Positions 54,915-64,000 of a stretch of 64,000 nucleotides of DNA are shown here, piece by piece. The notes beneath the pieces are model-generated. The model searched no databases. It was not told the DNA's origin and saw nothing but the letters and a program-made list of their open reading frames with translations. Made by a program: the position numbers and the translations under genes. Numbering within the stretch: the stretch's first letter is position 1; each line of letters opens with the position of its first letter. This DNA comes from Catajapyx aquilonaris. Taxonomy: Eukaryota. The stretch lies in contig KZ538140.1 in NCBI GenBank assembly GCA_000934665.2, positions 1 to 64,000 on the forward strand, written 5' to 3'.

Positions 54915-56343
54915 GGGGGGGGTTGCATGTCGGATATTATGATACCGGATGGAACCCACTATTGCTGAATAATAGGGTCTGTTGAGTTACTGTCACGAGT
55001 GCAATTGAGTAAAATGTCCGACTCGTTTGAATGCAAATTACCTCCGAGCCATTGTCGACGCGATAAATATACACATTACTGGCCAGCACCGCCGGAATAA
55101 TTACAACATCATGAAGATATCGGGGGAACACAGTTCTTGCACGTCCTGATGTTGGGTAGACTTGAGGAGGGCTGTACTTAAGGGAATTTGCTACAAACTG
55201 ATCGTTAACCATTAACCGGTGCAGTGGATGTGAGCCGAGCACTGAAATCACAGTTAACTACGTTAGCAAATATAATCTATGTGAACCTCTGTTACAATTT
55301 TGCATATGTTAACCCATGTTAACTAACTGTCATATGTTAACCTGTGTTAACAAACCTAATGTCAGTTAAAATATGAAATCGAGCATGATTCAGCTGCAGT
55401 CAGACATCCATTTCGCAAATTGCAATTTTTGCTAGAATTTTCGCAATGCTTCAGTACAGTATCCGGCAACCTATACCAGGGTATGTCTTCAATTTTGTCA
55501 GACCCGTGTACGGACTTGATCCGTTCCCTCAGATGAAATTTCTTGCGGTTGAACCCATATCGAGGAGATGAAAGCATCTGTTGGTTCCTCTCCTCGACTG
55601 AGCTCCAAAATACCTTTAGAACGACCCTCTAGATATGATTAAGGAAAAGGGGGAGGGAAGGAGGGAGATGGGAGGATCCTCCCCCTCCAACTCTGCCGAA
55701 AAGTTGCTGGCGGTGCATTTTCACGGATCCATTGCCCAATATATCCGCTAATCCTCACTTCTTAGTCCCCCATGGCCTGCAGCACCCACTTTTGAAATTT
55801 TGATCCTCTTCTCCTTTCCCTCCCCTTCCTCAGCTTCGTCAAGCTTAATTCCGTCTTTCCTCTCTCCTCATTTTATTCTCTTTTCTCTCTCTCCCCCTTT
55901 TCCCACCAAAGTCTTGGACTCTGGCGGAGATAGATTTTGTAATGAGACTCCACCCCCCCCCCCCTTCCTCCTCCTACTAGACTCAACTTTGCGGACTAAG
56001 TAATTACTCAGTTTTCGGCTCGCTATCCCGGAAAGTAGGTCCTATTAATGAGAATTAGCAGGAGGGTAATTAAATTTAGTCCAGGCTTGGACCTGATCTA
56101 TTGGACAAGGTTGCCAAGTGCTGACCGCACAAGTCTTGCAGGATTCTGATTGACGATTTTGGACTACGGCATGTGGGCGATTAATAAGAAATGGTCAAAT
56201 ATTTAAGTGGGCATCGAATATGACGGGAGCTGTTTAGTGAGCAATTAGCAAGTACGTCTCTGTAATAGCCCCAAAAAGGCTAATGGCCTGAGCTATTAAA
56301 ATTATTATCATAATTTGTATAAAATTGGCTTCTGTGCCTCTGT

Positions 56344-56485
56344 CCGGGGTGCATATAAGAAAATCGCAGGTCTCCGCAACCGGCTGAAGATAGGGCTGTA
56401 TCCGCAAGGAATGAAGGTTAGGTTAGGTTAGGTTAGATTAGGGCCGGTTGCGGGGACCACCAGCGATTTGCTTATATGCGTCCGG
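56344..56485. mobile_element. MITE with ~41-bp TIRs enclosing a TTAGG microsatellite
   Basis: Left arm CCGGGGTGCATATAAGAAAATCGCAGGTCTCCGCAACCGGC (56344-56384) vs rc of right arm CCGGACGCATATAAGCAAATCGCTGGTGGTCCCCGCAACCGGC (56443-56485). AGGTTAGGTTAGGTTAGGTTAGATTAGG lies at 56415-56442. Confidence 0.8.
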
Positions 56486-57190
56486 TGTAGTGTGCAGATG
56501 CGACATCTATGTTCGGGGTATGGTACTCGGGCAGTTTTGACGTAAATACGTATGTAAATCAGGAATGTGAATGGCTTCAATTTTTGAACAAATTTGAATT
56601 TGACGCAATTTTGCTCATAATAAAAAATTCCATTATAAAATCAAAAGCGGGTTTTCTGATTGGTTAGCAGGCAAGTTGTCCAAATGTTATCCTGTCAGCC
56701 ATTCCGCACGTGCGACAAGGGTGCGGTTGCCTACATGTAAGGATGACTTAACGACTAGTCTGACCAAGTACACTAGAATTATCATGAAGGAAATGTGGGT
56801 CCTGATGCAAACTGGGTAGAAGCACGCTATGGGAGCCATTTGGGCCCCCCCAAAAATGAGCAGTGACAACGACTGACAGGACTCATTCGCGTGTTGAAAT
56901 ATAGGGGCTGTGCACAAGTCCAAAGCATATTCATAATCACCATCGATTCCTCACGCTACCCAGCCTCGCCTTTTTTTATAGAATTTAGCCCGAATTAAAT
57001 CAAATTACTCGATGGCTCAATCGCATTACTAGCCTTAATCTGAGTTAACTGAAACCCTCGCCCATTAATTTTGGCCGGGGTAGGAATATTTTCTGGCATG
57101 ACGGGGCACAAAAATCGATGGGAATTTGATGTGGGAATTGGGATTATATTAACTTGTTCCTAGACTAAAACCGATCTGTTTTTTTGGCAG

Positions 57191-57227
57191 GTTGTGGTTG
57201 CAGCAAGGTTGCCCGGCTACCAGGAAG
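57191..57227 (+). other. Candidate 37-nt micro-exon
   Basis: Branch-like GACTAAA at ~57163, acceptor CTGTTTTTTTGGCAG|G, donor GAAG|GTAAGA. All three frames are open (e.g. VVVAARLPGYQE). Confidence 0.35.
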
Positions 57228-59676
57228 GTAAGAGTAAATTATGACTTTATATTAAATTTAAGTTTTATGCATTTGGATGAAGCGTGTTCCAAATGGTGAG
57301 GAAAAAAGGTTTATCGCAAGTTACCTTCTAACATTACGACGTTTGTGGGATCCATTAGAGGTCATGAATTATGGATATGGCCCACCAAAAAATCTTTGCA
57401 TGGGTAGGGTATGTGTGACATAACAGTTGAGGAAACGGTTATAGCAAAAGTGACCATAAGTTACAGATATGACATGTCAGACATCGGAGCTATCTACCAT
57501 TATCTAAGATTCGTTGAACCATGATAAAACCACCAGAACCGCTTCCCTTTCCTAAAAAAAAGAGGTCTGTAAATCGAAAGAGTTGTCACACCAATAGGCC
57601 TGGAACATAAAAAAGGGTACAACTTGGAAGCAAAAAAAAAAGAAGTAAAAGTGGAAACGCATTCAAAGAGAACTCCACTTAACCTTTTCTTATGGGGATT
57701 CGTTTTATTCAAGCCGGTGGAAGATATACGCGAATTTTATTTTCTTGCCTTAAACTTTCCCATAATAGGATTGTGCGAAAGATTGAATACTCTGCAGGAT
57801 CTTTCTGGGGTGTTAGTTGGGGGTGTGGCATAGGATTTTTTTTTCTTCTTACATTTTTTTTTTTTGCAAAATGGAAGAGGTTCCAACTCGCACTCTGCGG
57901 TTGATTTGTGGTAGTCATAAAGAAAGAGCACTTGCGAAAGGGGGTTGGTGGTGTGAAAGTGCCGGGGGAGTGTAACGCAATGTTGTATTTTTTTTAAGGG
58001 GAGGAAGAGAAGTAGGAAGGGGAAAAAAATTGCGAGGTAAAAGTTGGAATAGGCAAAAGGAGTAAGTTTACTTTACGGTTATAAAATGGGAAAGTTTGCT
58101 AGAAGATTTGGCGAGACGGCGAAAAGGCGACCTGAATAAGACCCTGGAGTGCGGTGCAAGACTCACTACTTTATATTTCCTTGGGTCGCTGATTTTATAG
58201 CTCTTTGATTGGTTCTTTCGATATAAAAAAAGTTATTTTTGTGCGAGTGGTAGCTGGTATGGAATCGATACCATTTTCTTATTGGATTACTACTGGAGTT
58301 AGTTGGAAGCACAATTTACACAGGGTAGTACAGTAACAAGTAAATTGACGCCTCATAATATTTTGTTGCTAAAGGTATAATAATTAGTGTGATTTATTGG
58401 ATATTATGGTGTCCAATTAACACACACAGTCTCAAACATTTTTGTTAAAAGAACCTCAGCATTTTCGTGCCATAATTATGACTCCTTCCCCCAGAAGCCT
58501 CTAGGAAATAATTATTTTCTTGCCTTAATCCGGGTGCCAAGTTAGAGCAGAGTGTATGAGGCTGCACTTATCCGACGCTTGTGTTTCCCTGGCCATAAAG
58601 ATTCTTCTAATCCACTAGAATGCTCCACACCATGTCACCTCATCCAAATTCATTTTCTTCCCTAAAAACTTGGCCCATAAATCCGAACATTATGTGGAAT
58701 CCTGGGCGTTCTGTGCGGTCTGGAGACTTTGGGGATAAGGAGAAAGAGGAGGAGGAGGTGGCAGGGAGAGGGAAGGATGGGGGGGGGGGGGGTGGAAGGA
58801 GTTTGGGGGAGAATTGAAAGAGAAGTTTTGCAGAAAAGTAGTGGATTTGCTGGTTGCAGATGCGGAAAGCAAGCCAGCCATCATTCCCAATTGATGCCAA
58901 GGGAAGGAGGCGACGGCTGTATTTTTATTAGGATTATAAATGGAGGAAGCTGGTTCGATAAGGCCTCCAGAAAAAGTCTCCGCCTTTTGTAAAGCTGCGG
59001 GGATCCGCAGTCTTACGGGATTAATGGGGTGTGTAGCTTTGCATCGAACAGGCCTTGATGGCATTTGAATAATATTTTTTTGTCCCCACCCAGCAGTATA
59101 CGTATATTTTTAAAGCCTCTGATATAGTAAGGTGGTGCCAACTTTTATCTAGGAGTATCCCCCTGAAGTCACCGGTCCAATTTCCGTCCCTGCAGCCCCG
59201 TCTGGAAGGTCCCCTGAGGCCCCATTACCTCGCTTGTTAGCGCCCTCCTCGTCTGGCCCTGGGTGGAGGGTGGCTGGGAAGGATATATAGGATGAGGCTG
59301 CTGGTTCAAAGGAATAATAAGGGCCAGATTCACCTGCTGCAATATTGCCCGGGATTTTTCCGTAAAGGATTAACCTCCACTAGTACACATGTGACTATTT
59401 CCACATGAGGTAATCTTACGACGAGTCTTACGAACTTTTTAAGTGATATCTGGTTGTATGTCCCATTAGGCTTATAGGTTTGAAATATAAATAAGCAAAG
59501 TTAGATCATGCGATGGTGCAGACTTGCTGTAATGGGCCATTTTGGAATATGTTATTGCGCCACACCGTAATGGGTAGAAGAGCATGAACCGTGAAGGGCT
59601 GTAAAATCTACCCTCAAGTCGCAATTACCCGGGGCCTACGGTCTGCCAAAAATCTGCGGGCTTCTTTACTGTCCTA

Positions 59677-59679
<3 letters not shown>

Positions 59680-59743
<64 letters not shown>
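59680..59743 (+). repeat. (TC)32 microsatellite
   Basis: Direct reading. Confidence 0.97.
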
Positions 59744-59747
<4 letters not shown>

Positions 59748-61475
59748 TCCCTCTCGGACTTTTCTAGCCCATCATCCGCCTTTTCATATTGGTAATGCCT
59801 CCCAATAGAGAAAATCGGGAAATCATGGCCGCTTTATGGTTCTCTGCTGACTTATTGACCGCCGTTGACCATAATTTTTTTCTCGCTCTTTCTCCCAATT
59901 TTTTTCTTCTTCTTCCAACTCCCTCCTTGAACTACCACACTACCATCCACCACCCACCACCTCTTTTACCACCAACTCTCCCTTCGCCTTCCCCAATCGC
60001 TTTCTCCGAGTTAGGAACTTTGCCAAATCTCCTTTCATTTTCGGTGGGGGGGGGGGGGAATAGGGGGCACCTATATGGCCACATTTGGCTTTTTGAGGTT
60101 GCGAAGAGATAGAGCCTTAAACTTGGCTTCACCTAGGTGAACAGCTCTGTGAAAATGGCGCCTTGCCAATAATGATGGCACCTAATTAACATACTTTTAC
60201 ATGTGATTCCGATTTTTCAACGTTTGAACTTTATATCTATGTGGCCATTGTTGTCATTTGCTTAGTGAAGACAGCAACGTTGACGTCGGTTAAAATTTGA
60301 ATACAAAAGAGGCACACACCCAAAATAATAAACAGTTATGCAATAATTATCGCTATATTTTTAGTAAATAAAATAACGACCTGTTAACTAGAGTGAAATA
60401 GATAGTAGAACACATTTTGATTCCGCGTGTGAAACGCCACGAAATTTGTACCACATATTGTGTACTCTCCACACCTTTTACTTAGTGAAAGAGACAATTA
60501 GCAGGCCACACATTGATTGTATCAGTCAACACTCCCCCATAATCGATTCTTTCTCCCCCTTCCCTCCCCCCTCCCTCCCTCCCTCCCACCCACTCGCCCC
60601 CCTTCGCTTTTAAATAATAGAGCGCCTGTTCTCTGGCGCCCTAGATTATCTCATTACTTCTTTAGAAGAGGGGTTGGCTCTAGCCTTGCACACTATTTCA
60701 CAGCCTTTTAGTAAGTAACGCCCCACTTTCATAAAACTGAACTTTGCTGTTTAGACCACAGAATCTAAAGTTGTAGAGTATCAGTTATTTTTTTTTCCTC
60801 CAAATTTTATTTTCGAATGGTTTCAGTGAAGGATCCCCAAACGGGCCGAATTCGGAATCGTGTGACGCATCCGGAGCGGCAGCCCGGAAAACTTTACCCC
60901 CTCCAAACTTTTCCCCCCTCCCCGCCTTCCCCCTCTTCCATAACTCCATCACTTTAATGCATCACAAAGTAATTTGAAGCAACTTGATTTTTTTTTCTCT
61001 CTCTCTCCCCCCTTCTTGCCCCCTTCTCCTCACTCAACTCTCCCCCAGTCTCTCTTTTTTTCTCCCACTCTCCCCCCTCTCCATCCCGATTTTCCCCCTC
61101 CTCCCACCCCCACCTCACTTTACTTTACCAAGACCGGAGGACTCAAAGTTTAACCGAAGTTTTGATTACTTTTGCAACCCGGGTCTTCTCTTTCTCTCTC
61201 ACTCGTTCTCTTTCCCTCCTGTGATCTGTTGGCTGCGGCAACTGCAGTCGAGTTAGCGCTTTTTCCTATTGTACGAAGGGGACTCGGAAATTGGGGGCAG
61301 GCGAGAAGTTCGGATACGTTTTGTGTGTAAAAAAAGAAGGAGTGGGATGAGGGCGATATCGTTCCGCCATTTTTCAACCAGCTTTGCCTTCTTATGGTGG
61401 GGGGGATTTTAAATTGACGTTTAGCAAGTAGTAGGAGTCGATACTGACACTAGAATGGCTTCTCTCCCTGGTTTC

Positions 61476-61640
61476 AAGGACGAATTGGCTTCTCTCCTGC
61501 GATACTATCACCTTCACTGTTTTGAAATTAATTTTGATGCGTTTAACATCATATAATACGTTTAATGCGCTTTGCACTTTTTCTAAATTTGCAATGAGTC
61601 TGTCACTACTAGTTCTAACATTAAAAAATAAATCTGTAGT
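61476..61640 (-). mobile_element. Decayed RTE-clade non-LTR retrotransposon RT fragment
   Basis: Minus-strand LIANLEKVQSALNVLYDVKRIKINFKTVKVIV, then after a frameshift AGEKPIRP. This matches the RTE segment after the catalytic ADD motif: (V)IIADSExxLQxAxxxLxxxxxxYxLKIxxxKTKVMAFxGKxPIRSK. Confidence 0.5.
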
Positions 61641-64000
61641 TGCATCGATAGGAGCAACCCTATTCTTTCCATATTTATGCTGATTGGCTTCTCTGGGCGA
61701 ATATTCAGATTGGATTATGCGATAACTCGACCTGTTTTCAATGCATGAGTATAGTCTAACGATGCATGCATGCACGCGCCAGCATAAAATCTATAATAAA
61801 TTAATTAATAACCATCAAACTCAGCATAAAACCCTGGGGTTGTACCACCACGGAAGGGATACATCAAACAGTGATTAATTTAGGCTGCCAGAATTGACAG
61901 TGATTTATAGTAAATTGTCGGTTTCATACGTGCCCCCCAAATATGTACAAGTTAATCGACACGTGACGATAATATATTAATGGCGGAAAGGTTTTTGCTG
62001 CCATGATTGATGTAAGATTGATAGAGGAATGCAATGAATTGCGTGCAAAATTCAGTTCTGTTATTACTTTTTTTATGCGCAAAAAAGTTTTAGAGGTTGC
62101 TTCTGAGAAACTTGGGGAGTTGTTGGAGCTGGAAGGATAGGAAATGAAGCTGCCTTGTGTCAAAGTCTATGCGGGCCTAATTATTGAGCCGGGATAATGC
62201 CATAGGCGGAAGGAAAGAGGGTCTTAACTGCAGGCAGGCAAGCCCAGGCAGGCGACTTGATAATTATAAAATAATTTCAGGGGGTTAACTTCGTATCGTC
62301 GTCGCTGCTGCTACGCTGCTTCGTTACATTGCCTCTCGTTTTTTGGTGGGAGCCAAGGCACACCTAATAGCTTTGATGATGAGTTCTAATTCCTCTGCTG
62401 CAAAAGTGGGGCGGTCCAAAGTTTCGCGACGCGCGAATTATTGGAACTCTGATACCTGATAGGGAAGGATTTGATTGGCTCATTTGCAACGAGGTGTGCA
62501 ATATTGGAGGGTGGGAAATACATGCTTAATTTTTATGTAAGTTATTTGAAGCAAAAATATTTCTCCAGTAATTTTGGACTTTTGTGTATAGAACAACCTA
62601 CTTGTCAGATCGAACAGTAGTGGAGTGTAGAAGCAACAAAGGACTTTTCTTCTTCCCTGTCAATTGTCAGTGCAAGAGTTTTTGAGGGACAGGTCGTGCC
62701 CTAGTAGTGTGTACTAAGGGGACGAGGAGCCAGCAGCCACTGGGAGGGGGTAACCAGATCCGCCCATTGCTTTCTATCTCCTGCCTGTACTTCTCGGTGC
62801 GAGAGGCGTGGGAGAAATGGGAAGTGGAAGAAGCTCCTCTGCACTTTGGCCATCCCGCACACCATTTCTCCAAGGGCCATCAGGAACGGAAGCACTTGGC
62901 ATATTGATTTTCCCTCGCGAATAATTCAGGAGGCCACCCCTGCTGCTTTCAAAAAAAAAAGTGAGAGCCAGAGAGAGTGAGAGAGAGAGAAGGCTGAATC
63001 CCTGGCCTGGCTGAAAATTAGCTTATTTTCCGCCTATGAATGTACGACTGGAATACGATTTTTTAAAACACAGAGCTACCATTAAAACTACGGTTTAAAA
63101 TGGGTTAACCTACATCAGTGTCAGGGGAGGGTATTCCAATAATTTAATAAATTTAGCTGTTTAAAACCCATTTGATATATATTTGACACCTGCTTTGATG
63201 GGGCTTCGTTTGTTTCGTTATTTGGTAATAATTATGAGGTTATGTTTATGGTTAGGCTGAATTTGGCCTCATTGTTATTTGTCATTTATTGTTAAAAACA
63301 CCACCCTGAACTTTTAATACAAATAATTTATGCTCATAATATAATTAACAAAACAGTCGAATATAAGCTCAAAGTGTTAATAATAATTTAGAACTTATGT
63401 GTGGATTTTAAAACCAAACTTCACGGCCAAAAAAATCACTATAATTGCAAGCACATTTTACAGAAAATTTGCACAAAAGCCGAGCATGAATACAGTATAG
63501 CTGAAGTGCAATGAGGAAAATTATCCAGGCAGTGAGAAGCGTCGGGTGTTACAAACGTTTCCATAAATTCCTTCGATCCAACGCCAGAAAGAAAAACACT
63601 AGAGGGTTCTTCTGGTGGCGGTTGTAGGTGTACCCAGCTGTCTTAGATTTAGGATAATATTAGTACAGCACCAGAAGTGAGCCGCAGGTAAATATTTGTC
63701 CGGAGGATTTTTTTTTTTTTGAAGTGGCTCTCTCCATATCTGAGAAAATGTTTATATCCCAAGTTAACGAGACTGATGTAAAGTTGGAGCAAGCCAGATG
63801 GAATTCTTTTCAGTCTTAAAAAATATACGGTTATAAACTATTCCCAATTATCAACCACAACACTTTTGACACATCTTCGTAGCACTTTCCACACTTTGAA
63901 CATTTCCATGAATTTTTCACTCTTTCTCCGGAAAGCCTGACAGCTAACGAGGTGGTTCTGAGTGTCGACGGAAGGTGTTTTTTCTTCCCTTTTTTCTTCT

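Noticed and set aside
55301..55356. CATATGTTAACC..TGTTAAC tandem duplication in a GTTAAC-rich patch
   Set aside because: Probably a decayed MITE interior. Ends and TSD cannot be defined.

Overview
This window is 64 kb of eukaryotic non-coding DNA, most likely arthropod or insect. That is an inference from (TTAGG)n-type repeats, insect-style Helitron, pogo and mariner MITEs, no obvious CpG depletion, and N-gaps at G/C homopolymers. I find no credible intact protein-coding gene, rRNA, tRNA, CRISPR array or prokaryotic system. The ORF track is almost entirely low-complexity noise from purine/pyrimidine tracts. The region reads like a large intron or gene desert. It alternates every ~1-2 kb between GC-richer islands (G/C runs, GA/CT tracts, TAAT, TCCGG words) and AT-rich spacers that hold decayed transposons. 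Supported elements are one complete non-autonomous Helitron, several TIR MITEs, pogo/Tigger ends, faint RTE-like LINE fragments and microsatellites. The most interesting leads are: (1) a sharply bounded, non-coding, apparently structured 362-nt exon-like block at 5323-5684; (2) a pre-miRNA-like hairpin at 13234-13301; (3) a fold-back Helitron; (4) a TTAGG/TTAGA-carrying MITE; (5) an excess of TACAGTA/TACTGTA transposon-footprint words; (6) clusters of ATCCGG. I cannot honestly claim a new biological system from sequence alone.
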